From the NCBI GenBank assembly GCA_030324005.1, contig JARDVH010000042.1, forward strand, positions 37,178,660 through 37,242,659: a DNA stretch of 64,000 bases, written 5' to 3'. The translations under genes and the position numbers were made by a program. Positions 51,661 through 63,599 of this stretch are shown in pieces (within the stretch, counting starts at the first letter, position 1; every line of letters begins with the position of its first letter). This stretch comes from Negaprion brevirostris. Taxonomy: Eukaryota. A model generated the notes under the pieces. The model saw only the letters and a list, made by a program, of their open reading frames with translations. It ran no database searches and was not told the DNA's origin.

Positions 51661-52910
51661 TGGGAGCACTAGACAGAAGGAAGGACAATCAGGTCAGTCA
51701 GTGATGGACAACAGGTCGGAAGGGAACAGTTGACCTAGTCAGTGAGGAAAAGCAGGATGGAGAGGGCACAATTGGTCAATCAATGAGGGAATGCACATCA
51801 GAAGAAAGGATGAGGATTAAAATTCCAGTCACGACACATCTTACTTTAATTTTCAGAAGTAAATTGATTTCAGAAATGAAAAAGAAAAATTTGCAGGGGA
51901 AAGGTGAGATGACCATCTTCTGTGCAGTGAGATTCCTCAAAAATTGGAGCAATCTGTAAATTAGTATTCAGCATTGTGATTAATGCTGCAGTTTATATCA
52001 CTGCGAGAGAGTGGAAATTTCTTTATGAATGTTAAATTGAAAGAAATGAAACTGATATTAATAGTCAATACTTTGTTTTAAATGTCTAATCAGCAAAATA
52101 GATTTTTTATTAAAAGTGCCAAGGAATTGAATGTATTAGAAATAAATCAAGGGAAGCTCGTATGTTAATTCAAACGCTTAAAAAAAGCTTCCACTTTCAT
52201 TTGCCAAATCAGCAAATCTCAGAGCAAGAAGCCATTGTAAATACAATTAGACTATGGATATAATAAGCAGATGTTTAATGATAGCTACATTGCTCATTGC
52301 AACTATTCTTTACAGGGATAGCAAAGGAGAGGGGATAGAGAGGCCAGTGTACAAAAGCCACTAAAATCCCTCAGTAAGGATGGGAAGCCAGGTCAGACAG
52401 GAAAAAAAGAGTCAACCCAGACAGACACGTTCTTGAAAGGAAAAGACAAGACTTGCATTAATGTTGCACCTTGTCATGCCACTCAAAGGTGTGGTTTGAA
52501 ATGGGAGAATGAGCAAGTTTCCATAATGATCGGTTTCTGTAAATACATTTATTTAAGTTTGCAAGGTTCCGCATACACATTTAATACCATGCCAATTTTT
52601 AACCTGTAATAATAGCGGAAGACTTTTCATCTGTGTGGTCTCTCTGCCAGTAGACCAACAAATGTGGGCCTTGATTCCATAAAACTCCACTTGAACCTGT
52701 GAATGACTGCTTGTGTGATTAAGATTCATAACCCGGTGATTAATCTCAGCTGCTGCCACTGGAATTTTGATAGGAATTACACCAAGTGGAACAAACCCAC
52801 TCCTGGAAAACTAATATATAATTCATAGTTTAATCAACAAAATTAATGCTTTTTCGCAGCAACCCTTTAAAATAGGCATATCCAACAACACAGTGTTAAG
52901 TGAAAATTAC

Positions 52911-53055
52911 CTGACATTTCACAGCCAAGCAGCTCCATCCTCAATGTACAGTGTCTCCGACAGACCTGGGGATACAGGCGTATGTACTGGGCCTCTATAG
53001 GAGGATTAAATGAATTTGCATGTGGAGTGTTGTTATCGACATTTCCACGGAAAAC
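52911..53055 (-). CDS. EDIL3: EDIL3 internal exon (discoidin domain 1, C-terminal part), 145 nt, phase 0-1
   Basis: ctgcag|GTT TTC CGT GGA AAT...GAA ATG TCA G|gtaatt, i.e. [48 protein letters not shown](G). F5/8 type C LRxELLGC motif. Confidence 0.97.
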
Positions 53056-53740
53056 CTGCAGAATTTGAATGGATTTTAGCAAGACAGCACAACGTGTCTC
53101 AGTTACCCCGCTGATTTATTGATATGACAGAACTTTTGCCCACTCCAACAATCAGATTGTTCGCACAAAAGCTTCACGCTGGAGCAGATTATCCCGTACA
53201 ATAATTAAGTGCATCAGTGAAACAGCAGATGCCATTACAAATCCTTAAACATAATGAAACAAGGCAGCATCTCAATTAAAGGGCCGGCTTCCAGGCTAGT
53301 TTTAAAGGATTATTTATTTACGCCTGAACATATCTGCAAGAGTATTGGAAGATCCATTTCAAAATCAAAGTGGAGCAGGCTAATGAAACAAACCAAATTA
53401 TAGGGGAACATTCACAGCTTAAATCAATAGCAAGAAACAAATGTCAGAGTGCAATCACTTTTTCTCATATACTTCTTAGACGGTTGTCTGCTTTGATATA
53501 TATACGATGTTAGAAAACTAATGAAAGAGTTATTACCAGCAGCAAAACCTTCTGGAAAACGCAGAATTATTTGTAAAGTGGATCATGTTCATTGCACCAT
53601 GATGAAGGGAACCAGATGATAGATACTGGAAATTGGAGGATAGAAAGCCCAATTTTGTTTCTACATGCAAGGTGCAGCAAAAACCTAACCATCAAAATTA
53701 CAGCAAGCAAATGCGAAAGAAAGACTTACATTGAGTTAGT

Positions 53741-53866
53741 GGGCGAGATTTTAATGGCCTCGCCCGGGTGAGACTGGAAATTCCCACCTGAGATGAACGG
53801 AGATTTCTATTGTCAGACCCTCACCTGCTCCGATTCCGTGGCGGGTAAAATGGTGGAATTCAGGCC
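53741..53866. mobile_element. 126-bp MITE with 3-bp TSD (AGT)
   Basis: agt|gggcgagatttt...ggaattcaggcc|agt. Confidence 0.8.
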
Positions 53867-53884
53867 AGTGTCTTTCAAAGCCTC

Positions 53885-54009
53885 GAGATTTTCCCCTCCT
53901 GTTCGCCACGGGAATTGTAGTGGGTGAGGGGGGTGGACCATTCAAACATCTGTTGACCTTGGGTGGGATTTTCCAGTTTTGGAGTGAGCACAGCCGGAAA
54001 ATCCTGCCC
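53885..54009. mobile_element. Related ~125-bp MITE in the opposite orientation
   Basis: Ends ggaaaatcctgccc. Internal gggtgggattttcc pairs with that end. Confidence 0.65.
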
Positions 54010-55179
54010 CAGATGTCCCAAATCGCCTTATACTAATGAAGTACTTTAAAAGTCTTGTCGATGTTGTAATGTTGGAATTGTGTGTAACACAGTCAACTAG
54101 GGCACTGCAAGTTCCCACAACGTGACAAATGGCTAGATTTTGTGTCAAAATAATGGCGACTTTTTTGTTTGCAAAATAATGGCGACTCTTGTGCACCTTG
54201 TTACTGATATGCCAATCGGCCAGCAACTTGTGGTGAGGAAGTGATTTGGTGTGAACTGCCAAGCAGCTACAAGTTGCTGGACAATTTGAACCATTTGCCA
54301 TGCAGGCCTTGCAAAAACAGCAGCTTGCTGTCCCCTCCCCCCTCCTTTAGGAAATTGTTGCACTTAAGCATTAACTGCCAATTAAACTCCCCACAGAAAA
54401 TTAGGGTTTGTACATAAAAGTAGTATTTTTTAATGATGGAGTTACGTGCCTGCTTTCAACTTCACGGTTCAGGAAGGGAGCAACTGAAACTGTGAGCTCG
54501 TCTACGGGTAATAAATCCCTAGAGATTCTTAAAATTTAACATTGTTAAATCTTCTTATTTTTCCTTTGGCGTTTTCTCTTAATATAAATCCAATCTTCCT
54601 TTCCTTCTCTTTGTTATTACTCTGTCATTGCTTTGTTGAACTCTAATCCCTCCCTTTCCAACTCATTCATTCTGCTTTCTTTCTTAATCCTTAAAACTCA
54701 TTGGCTAAAGAACTAGATTATTGCTGGCACCATTCGCTGAAGTCCCAGATAACCCGATGATCTCACACTTTTGGCAAATTTTGGTGCAAAATTTTGGTTG
54801 AACTCAAGGGTGAGGGAAATTGTCTAACTAATAGGACATGTTACAAGATGCCCTGCTCAAATTTGGGGTTATTAATTCAGATCCCTCATACTGCCAGTGT
54901 CAGCAGTTCCCTCAGGCAGGTTTTCCAATGTAGGCTGCTTACACAAAATGCTATAAAACTGAACAGAATCAAAGGGTGAATAATTCTTTGTTAGGCTTTT
55001 ATTTAAAAGGATGCTGATGGTGCTGATGGTGGCCATTGCTCTTTACAGGACAAACTGAACTATTATTGGCCTGAATTTTCCAGAGTGTGAGCGCTTGTGG
55101 CACCTGTTACCCGGCGAGGCTTCATGCCAACCCTGACAGACTCACTGCCATTTCTTGCTCAAATGAGCATTGACTGGCA

Positions 55180-55520
55180 TTGAAGGGCCATTCAACCAGT
55201 TTTGCCCAAGTTCTGCAGGTGCTACTCTACCAGCCACTGTCCTTTCTCCTTAGCCCAGCAAATATGTTCTCTTCAGGCATGTATCCAATTCTCTTTTCAA
55301 TGACGCAGTTAGATCTGCAATTTGAATTCACTCGACAAACTATGTCCAGGTCCCTCATGATTTTGAACATTACAATTAAGTCTCCCATCAACCTTATCTT
55401 TTCTAAGGAGTACAATCTCAGTTTTTCCAATCCACAATTGTAATCCTAACTGAAGTCTCTCATCCTCGAACTGTTCTCGTAAAGCTTTTCTGCATCCTCT
55501 TGCAAGGCTTTCCTGTGTAT
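55180..55520 (-). mobile_element. Decayed CR1 fragment
   Basis: ORF EKLRLYSLEKIRLMGDLIVMFKIMRDLD. Confidence 0.7.
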
Positions 55521-55756
55521 TGCACTGAGAAAAGATTAACCTGTGGACTCACAGCACGAACTAACCTTATTTACATCTTCCCAACACAGAGGGCAGTAGA
55601 GAGATCATTATAACAAAGTGCATATCGTACAATATACTACAATCCCTCCCCATTTAAAAAAAAGTGCACATAAAAACGTAAAATGGTACATGTATGGAAT
55701 AAAATATGATTGAGCTAATAAGAACAATAGCTGAAAATTTATGAGGTGGTTTCTTA

Positions 55757-56090
55757 TACACAGAACCCCTACAGTAGAGGAGGAGGCCATTTGGTCCATC
55801 GAGCCTGCACCAACAACAATCCCACCCTAACACCACATATTTACCTTGCCAATCTCCCTGAAAATAGGGTCAATTTAGCATGACCAATCAACCTAACCCA
55901 CACTTCTTTGGCCTGTGGGAGGAAACTGGAGCACCCAGAGCAAACCCACGCAGACATGGGAAGAATGTACAAATTCCACACAGTCAGAGAGACCGAAGTC
56001 GAGAATCGAACCCGGGTCCCTGGCGCTCGAAGCAGCAGCGCTAACTCCTGTGCCAATGTGCTGCTCACTTGCCACTGTGCTGCCCACTGT
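55757..56090 (-). mobile_element. Full-length HE1-like V-SINE, CR1-type tail
   Basis: cagaaccctacagtagaggaggaggccatttgg tail, V-domain, and gaatcgaacccgggtccctggcgct head. Confidence 0.88.
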
Positions 56091-56484
56091 TTCTACTATA
56101 ATCACAAACAAAACATAACTGGCTGATACCGGCATAGTAATTTACATATATAAAACTTTCCTTAACACCATTATGTGTTTAACAAAAATATAACATTTGA
56201 CAAGAAGTAATGAAAGGAACAATTTATTTCTTCACCCTACCGATGTACTCTTAATTAAACCATCTGGCTTCTTTCAAATTCTGGCTGAGTCTTTCAGTCC
56301 ATTTACACAGATTTTATTCCACCAAGGTTTACAGAGAGATTGTTACAGAAATGTGAATGGTAAGCAATTCCTTGCATTTTGCAGTTAATTTTAATTGCAA
56401 ATATGCATTTGGCAGATCTATCTTACTTAACACCTTTCCATTGGCATATTAGAAAACAAATCTTCACTGGTAGGCAGTATCCTT

Positions 56485-56833
56485 ATCATAGAATCAAATC
56501 ATAGAGGCCTACAGTGCAGAAAGAGGCCATTCGGCCCATCGAGTCTGCACCAAACATAATCCCACCCAGGCCCAACCCCCATGTCCCTACATATTTTACC
56601 CACTAATACCTCTAGCCTACACATCTCAGAACACTAAGGGGCTTTTTTTAGCATGGCCAATCAACTTAACCCTCACATCTTTGGACTGCGGGAGGAAACC
56701 GGAGTACCTGGAAGAAACCCACGCAGATACGAGGAGAATGTGCAAACTCCACACAGTGACCTGAGCCAGGAATCAAACCCAGATCCCTGGAGCTGTGAAG
56801 CAGCAGTGTTAACCTCTGTGTTACCATGCCACC
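56485..56833 (-). mobile_element. Full-length HE1-like V-SINE, CR1-type tail
   Basis: atcatagaatcaaatcatagaggcctacagtgcagaaagaggccattcggcccatcgagtctgcacc. Colinear with 2005-2275. Confidence 0.9.
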
Positions 56834-58769
56834 CTCAGAGCCTTCTCACTCACCTGATTTATCATATGCTCAAAAACATCACAAATCCAAATGACCAGTC
56901 TGCTACTTGAACTACCACCATGGGTGTGACCCATTCCTTGATTTTTGCTTTCCGAATTGCCCCTGTTCTTTCTAATCTATTTTGCTCTTTACTCACTGCT
57001 TCTATCAGTACATGTTATTTTATATTTTAGTGAATGTCAAAATCTAAAGCCAAGCAATGGCCTCCTCATTTCCCCAGTACCTGTCACTTAGTTGGTAAAA
57101 GGGACATTCCTTGGTAACATGCAGCATCGGTGGAAATTTCCACTAGTGCCTAAGGAGTTTGTACTAAAGAACAAAGAACAACACAGCACGGGAAACAGGC
57201 CCTTCGGCCCAACAAGCCCATGCCGCCATTTTCACATTATGAGTCCCCCCTCCACCCATGACCCATGTCTATGCTTATGGCATTCCACATTGAGGGAAGA
57301 CTAATTTAGGGACAATTTGTTACACCAATCAGCCTAACAGCANNNNNNNNNNNNNNNNNNNNNNNNNNNNNNNNNNNNNNNNNNNNNNNNNNNNNNNNNN
57401 NNNNNNNNNNNNNNNNNNNNNNNNNNNNNNNNNNNNNNNNNNACCTATCACATGGGCATTCAAACATTTCCAGAGCCCCGGACACTCTTTAGATCTGCCA
57501 TGACTCTGACCTAGTGAATGGCTGTGACCTGGAGCTCAAACCTCCTCAAAGTTGACTTAAGGAGTTACAAAAATATGTTAGAATGGGCTGGATTTCATGG
57601 TGGAGAGGGGGGAATGGAGGGGGAGGGAAAGTTAGTCCTGAAAGGAGTGACATTTAAAAAGCTTACTCCACCATGATAACACGTTCGTGATGGGCTCAAC
57701 AGGCTAAGGGTTGGCGTTCTCCTTTTCAGAGAACAGGAAGTCCCACCTGAGGAGCTGCTCTCCACTGTGATTGGTCAGTACCTCAGCAGCCCCAGTAGCA
57801 TCAGAATTCAGTACTGGATGCTGCTGGGACTATATGCAGGCCCAGGGAGAAAGATCATGGTCTTCAGAGACAGGCAAGTCCCAGGCTTTACCAGGCTTTA
57901 TCTCCAGGGTGGGGAGATATTGGAGAACCTAAGGAGAGTGGGTGTGAGGTCTGCAGGGCAGATGGAGAGGATAAAAAGATGGGTTGACATCTTGGAAGGA
58001 GTGAATAGACTGCCAATGATTGATGAGCCCTCCCCTTTCCCCCATTTTCCTTGTCATCTTTGTAAGAATCCATTTCAAAAATGATCTCTACCCAGGCCAA
58101 CCTGCCACTGCCCAGTGTTTTATAGCTGTAAAAGTAGACTGAAATCCTTAATTGTCATACTACAGACCTCACATCCTTCCAGAAGTGCAGTGCCTAGAAT
58201 TGGACACAATGCTCTAAATGAGGATGAACCAGTGTTTTATAAAGGTTTATCATACCTTCCTTGTTTTTGTACTTCAAGGTCAGAATCTTCTACCCTTCTG
58301 GCAGGTTTTTAGGTGAGGTGGGGGTGGGGGNNNNNNNNNNNNNNNNNNNNNNNNNNNNNNNNNNNNNNNNNNNNNNNNNNNNNNNNNNNNNNNNNNNNNN
58401 NNNNNNNNNNNNNNNNNNNNNNNNNNNNNNNNNNNNNNNNNNNNNNNNNNNNNNNNNNNNNNNNNNNNNNNNNNNNNNNNNNNNNNNNNNNNNNNNNNNN
58501 NNNNNNNNNNNNNNNNNNNNNNNNNNNNNNNNNNNNNNNNNNNNNNNNNNNNNNNNNNNNNNNNNNNNNNNNNNNNNNNNNNNNNNNNNNNNNNNNNNNN
58601 NNNNNNNNNNNNNNNNNNNNNNNNNNNNNNNNNNNNNNNNNNNNNNNNNNNNNNNNNNNNNNNNNNNNNNNNNNNNNNNNNNNNNNNNNNNNNNNNNNNN
58701 NNNNNNNNNNNNNNNNNNNNNNNNNNNNNNATGTGGACCTTTACAGGATACACTGCAGAAACTCAACCA

Positions 58770-59085
58770 AAATCCATTCCACAGCACCTTACAAACCTAC
58801 AACCTCTCCCACTTAGAAAGACAAAGGCAGCAGACACCTGTGAGCACCACCACCTCCAAGTTCCCCTCCAAGTCACACACTATCCAGACTTGCAAATATA
58901 TCACCATTCCTAATCTGTTGTTGGGTAAAAATCCAGGAAATCCCTTCCTAACAGCACTGAGAGTGTACCTTTACCACATGGACTGCAGTGGCTCAAGAAG
59001 GTAGTTCACCATCACCTTCTCAAGGGCAATTGAGTCTGGTCTGGCCCAGCCAGTGTGACACTCACATTCCATGAACGAATAAAGA
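58770..59085 (+). mobile_element. Non-LTR retrotransposon 3' region (tail family of the 26.5-kb element)
   Basis: aagttcccctccaagtcacacac...ggactgcagtggctcaagaagg..caccttctcaagggcaatt...ccatgaacgaataaag. Confidence 0.75.
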
Positions 59086-59606
59086 AGAACATTTTGTAAT
59101 TGGTCCCTGTATAACCTCGTCAAGATCCTTAATATATATGCAATAAATAGTGGTCTGAGTAATGTCCCATGGGGAGCTATACTTTCTGTCTTCCTCCAGT
59201 CTGAAAACAACCATTCACCACTACTTTGTGCTTCTTGTCACTCGACCAAATCCATATCACTGCTTCCACTGTCCCATGTACTCTTCAACTTGTTGAAAAG
59301 TCCATTATTTTCCAATTTATCAAATGCCTCTTGAAGTCCATGTAAACCGCAGCAACCACATTACATTCAGTTTCACACAATTTTACCATGAGAGATTTTC
59401 TTAATTGATCCACACTTGTCCAGGTTGCTGGATTTATCCGTGTAACTTCTTTTTCCAAACTGGTGTTAGATTTTCAATTCTTCAATGCTCTGACACAACC
59501 CCAGTTTCTAAGGAGGGCTTTGGGATTATGGCTGGTGGCTCTGCAATTTCCGCATTTACCTCCCACATCATCCTTAAACATTTGCATGTGGTCCTAGTGA
59601 TGTATT

Positions 59607-59731
59607 CGCTGGAATTCTACCACTCTGCCCACCACGGAAACGGAGCGGGCAAGGGGCGGACAACGGAAATGTATGTTGTCTCGGGCAGGATTTTCTGGTC
59701 TCGCTCCAAGCAAGGCCATAAAATCCTGGCC
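59607..59731. mobile_element. 125-bp MITE with 3-bp TSD (ATT)
   Basis: att|cgctggaattctacc...ataaaatcctggcc|att. Confidence 0.8.
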
Positions 59732-59822
59732 ATTAGTTTTAAATTATAGTCAACTTTTAGAATACCTACAAAACTATCCAATTTTTCAAATGCCTCTTAT
59801 TTTACTGTGACATTGGCAAAAT

Positions 59823-60110
59823 CTTGTTTCAATGACCCTTCATTCTACTTCAAGGTTGTTAGGATAAATCATCCATCCCATTAAGCATGATTTGCATGTT
59901 GCAGAAAATACATTAATTATTCTCAGTTTGACATCCTTTTACTGGTAATTGTTGAGGTTAATTTAATGCTATAATCTAAGATTCAGCGACATAACCTAAT
60001 ATCAGCTATTGAAACTTTTAATGTATAATTGTCTCACAAATACAGAAACAAGGACATTGGAATTTTTAATTTACTTATGCTATCTCAGTCCATCCGTTTA
60101 TTGAAATGAG
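59823..60110 (+). repeat. ~290-bp direct duplication, copy 1 (copy 2 at 61970-62256)
   Basis: The first ~75 nt are identical. About 18 differences overall, counted by eye. Confidence 0.92.
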
Positions 60111-61969
60111 TTGCGAAGCACTCATTTAGTACCTCAACCATGCCCTCTATCTCCAGTGTCGCTTTTTGAGCCCTTATTGAACCATTCTCTGTATTACCTT
60201 TTTATTTCTGGAGAAGGCTCTTGGAAAGTAGCCAATCTTTTCTCATACTCCCTCTTGCCTTTCTCGTTTTCTTCTTCACTTACCCTATTTTCAGTCTCGT
60301 TCCCACTTCATTATCAATTTGGCATCTGTGATATGCCCCCTTTTCTCTGCTTTGAGATCCAGGGAGGTCTGGCAATGTTTGCCCTACCTTTGCCCTTCAT
60401 AAGAATGTACCACAGCTTTACAGAAACAGTAGGAATAAACTGGTCAGGAAACAAAGAGCAGGAATAAAAGGGTCTTTCCAATTGGCGGGCAGTGACTAGT
60501 GTGGTACCACAGGAATCAGTGCTAGGACCCAGCTGTTCACTGTTTTTTCTTGTGATTGCTGTTTTAAGTGCATTGCCATGTTAAATGCATTACCGCTTTA
60601 AGACTGTCAACTTCTTTTTCACTGAGCAGCAGAAGCTTCTGTCTGTGTTTTTCTTCCCCTTTTGAAGTTTTGGCTCGAATCCTGGCTGCACGTCTTTTCC
60701 AAGCCTCCAAACTTCTCATTTTTATTGCTGGAAAACTCACTCAGTGACTGTAGCTTTCTTTTGTTCTTCTGGCCATTTGAAGAGTCAATTTTCCCTTGGC
60801 TTTTTGATGTGCCCATTTTTGTTGATTTCACTGAAGATTTGATCCAATGGGCCACTTTTAACATTTCATAACTTTCTCTCTCAGCGCAGGAAATCCTGCC
60901 CAGACCCCATGCAGGCTCCATTTGGATCGGGAGCCCATTAATCTCAGCCTTTCATTTATCAACATTTCTGGCACATGTTTTACAATTCCTTAGGACATTT
61001 TTCTCTTTTGCCAAAACACAGCTCTTTGTCCCTTCAAAAAAATCTTGACAGCAACTCTATGTCTTTTTTTAAACTCGAGTTCCATATTTCTTTCAACTCA
61101 AAATCACAACTCTTGCTTCTAAGGATTATTTTCTCATGTTTTTCTATATATTTTTAAGTTTCTGACTGTACGACCAACCCAGGTTCATTCTGCATTGATT
61201 CCTCAGGGTCTGGCTATCTCAACATCTCACTGGGTCTATTTCCCCAAAGACAGACAGTCGGTGAGTGTCTTTCTCTTTCTGACTTTGATTAAAACTGGAT
61301 ACTTGCATATGTTAGTCCCAGGCAATGTTCTCATAATCTATTCTATCCTTGTCGCCAATGTAATGATGGATGCTCACAGACTTCATCAGGAAGTAGGTAC
61401 TTAAAAATAAGGAAAAACTGTACAGTAGTGAGCAGTCACCTCCCCAGAGCAGCTCCCCAGCTGCCTCAGTCCCTAAATGTTTACTATATGCATTCTAGAT
61501 GCCTTTTGCCTAAGACAGAATTCAATCCCCTGTGGTGATTACCCATTCTCACCACCAACTGGTCCCTCAAGCCAGGTGATTCTCTTCTGCTATGTTGAAG
61601 GGACATTCATCAGACAAACCATTTGGTACATTTTCACAACTAGCCATATCAAGCTTCAAGAAACATTATTTTTCCACCAAGGCATACAGGAAGATTGTAT
61701 AGGTCATACTCTATTAGTATGCACCAATGTACTTAACAATCTGTACACTTCGTTGTCATTGAGGTATGCAGAATAAAATAGCTGGGGACTGGGTTTTATA
61801 TAACTTAACAATTCCTTCTCAGGCAAAATTTTCATAAAAAGATTGCAAAATGTTATNNNNNNNNNNNNNNNNNNNNNNNNNNNNNNNNNNNNNNNNNNNN
61901 NNNNNNNNNNNNNNNNNNNNNNNNNNNNNNNNNNNNNNNNNNNNNNNNNNNNNNNNNNNNNNNNNNNNN

Positions 61970-62256
61970 CTTGTTTCAATGACCCTTCATTCTACTTCAA
62001 GGTTGTTAGGATAAATCATCCATCCCATTAAGCATGATTTGCATGTGACAGAAAATGCATTAATTCTTCTCAGTTTGACATCCTCTTACTTGTAATTGTT
62101 GAGGTTAATTTAATGCTATAATCTAAGATTCAGCGACATAACCTAATATCAGCTATTGAAACTTTTGACGCATTATTGTCTCACAAATACAGAAACAAGA
62201 ACATTGGAGATTTAATTTACTTATGCTACCTCGGTCCATCCATCTATTGAAATGAG
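61970..62256 (+). repeat. ~290-bp direct duplication, copy 2
   Basis: cttgtttcaatgacccttcattctac...ctattgaaatgag. Begins directly after an N gap. Confidence 0.92.
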
Positions 62257-62679
62257 GTAGATGAAATGAAATGAGGAGACATGTTGTACCATAGCCAGCT
62301 CCAATCCAAATAAAAGGTTGTTATTGTATGAAGAGAATTGATTAACTCCTAAAAGCTGAACATTTCCATTTTTAACAGTGATGAAAAACCCACTTGAGTT
62401 CCCCTTGACTCAGGGTAAATGCGCACGGCATGGTGTTATGAATTATACAAAACAGGATCAATTGGCCAATTTGTTCTAAGAAGGTAGCAGTAAGTATAGA
62501 ATCAGTGATTGAAACAGAGACAATGTAAACAAAGAAATAATAAGATACAGGAATAGAGTGAGCACATGTGAGTTAGACTACTGCTAAAGTTCAGTGAAAT
62601 CACCAATAGGATTATATTGGGTGAACAGACGATTTCCATGTAATATAAATACACATAACAGGCTTTAACACTTCAGACT

Positions 62680-63020
62680 GAGGCAGCAGGGTGGCCCAGT
62701 GATTAGCACTGCTGCCTCAGAGCACCAGGAAGCCAGGTTCAATTCCGATCTTGGGTGACTGTCTGTGTGCAGTTTGCATGTTCTCCCCATGTGTATGTAG
62801 GTTTCCTCCCATAGTCCAAAGATGTGCAGGTTAGGTGGATTGGCCATGCTAAATTATGCCTTAGTGCCCCAAGATGTGTAGGTTAGGTGGATTAGCCATG
62901 ACTGTTGTGCAGAGTTACAGGTATAGGGCGGGGGAAAGGACCTGATTAGGATACTCTGCCAGACAGTCGGTGTAGACTCGATGGGCAAATGGCCTCCTTT
63001 TGCACTGTAGGGATTCTGCA
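62680..63020 (+). mobile_element. Full-length HE1-like V-SINE, CR1-type tail
   Basis: ggtggcccagtgattagcactgctgcctcag, ggttcaattcc, V-domain, then gactcgatgggcaaatggcctccttttgcactgtagggattct. Confidence 0.9.
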
Positions 63021-63334
63021 TAAAAAATGGAAATAACAACTACTCCTTATTACAATGCAGTGACCTGTGCTGGAACATGTTAGCAACAGGTTTGAGCTTA
63101 AAAACGTGATGACCCAAAAAATATCTATAGTCAGTTGGGTTAAATTCTAAATGGCTGCTGCTGTCTGGAAAAGTACTACAGCAGAAATTACTACAAAGAT
63201 AAGAAAAGTAAAGATAGAAAACTGAGGTACATGAAAAGAACAGAATGTACTTGAATCATGTTTTCTCAAATTCTGAAATATAATTTACTGATAGATGTTT
63301 AAAAGCATAAGGCACTTCAAACTTTTCATCTTAC

Positions 63335-63490
63335 CATGTCCTCATAGGTGCCTTTTACTTTGTAAGTAGTCCAAGTTTTACCATCACTACTGTAAGCAAT
63401 CTTGTATGATTTCACATACTCTGGGCTGCCAAGTCTCTTAGCACCTTGGCTAATCAATCCTGTGGTTCTCATGGTGCGTTGCAGGTTAAT
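63335..63490 (-). CDS. EDIL3: EDIL3 internal exon (discoidin domain 1, middle), 156 nt, phase 0-0
   Basis: Minus strand reads ttttttccctcag|ATT AAC CTG CAA...GAG GAC ATG|gtaaga, i.e. [52 protein letters not shown]. This matches the recalled vertebrate EDIL3 ([25 protein letters not shown]...). Not in the ORF track. Confidence 0.96.
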
Positions 63491-63599
63491 CTGAGGGAAA
63501 AAAGAAGATTTTAATAAAATTAAAGGCCATACAGCTCTGACTCCTTAAAAAATTTTAGGTTATTGGTGTCATATTTGATACAGAGAAGAGAATCTAACC

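Larger units (their letters stand above)
53715..54145 (-). mobile_element. Deu-SINE 3' part carrying two MITE insertions
   Basis: aagacttacatt..agt[MITE]agtgtctttca..[MITE]agatgtcccaaa..aatgaagtactt..gttgtaatg..gcaagttcccacaa. Confidence 0.65.
59090..61150 (-). mobile_element. Old CR1-like LINE (RT to endonuclease linker) with several inserts
   Basis: ORF FSDWRKTESIAPHGTLLRPLFIAYI resembles FSxWxxVxSGVPQGSVLGPxLF. CR1-like text resumes after the inserts (cactcatttagtacctcaaccatgcc). Confidence 0.6.

Noticed and set aside
7139-63490. Alternative identity as MFGE8, F5/F8 or neuropilin
   Set aside because: Diagnostic strings ([45 protein letters not shown]) match EDIL3.
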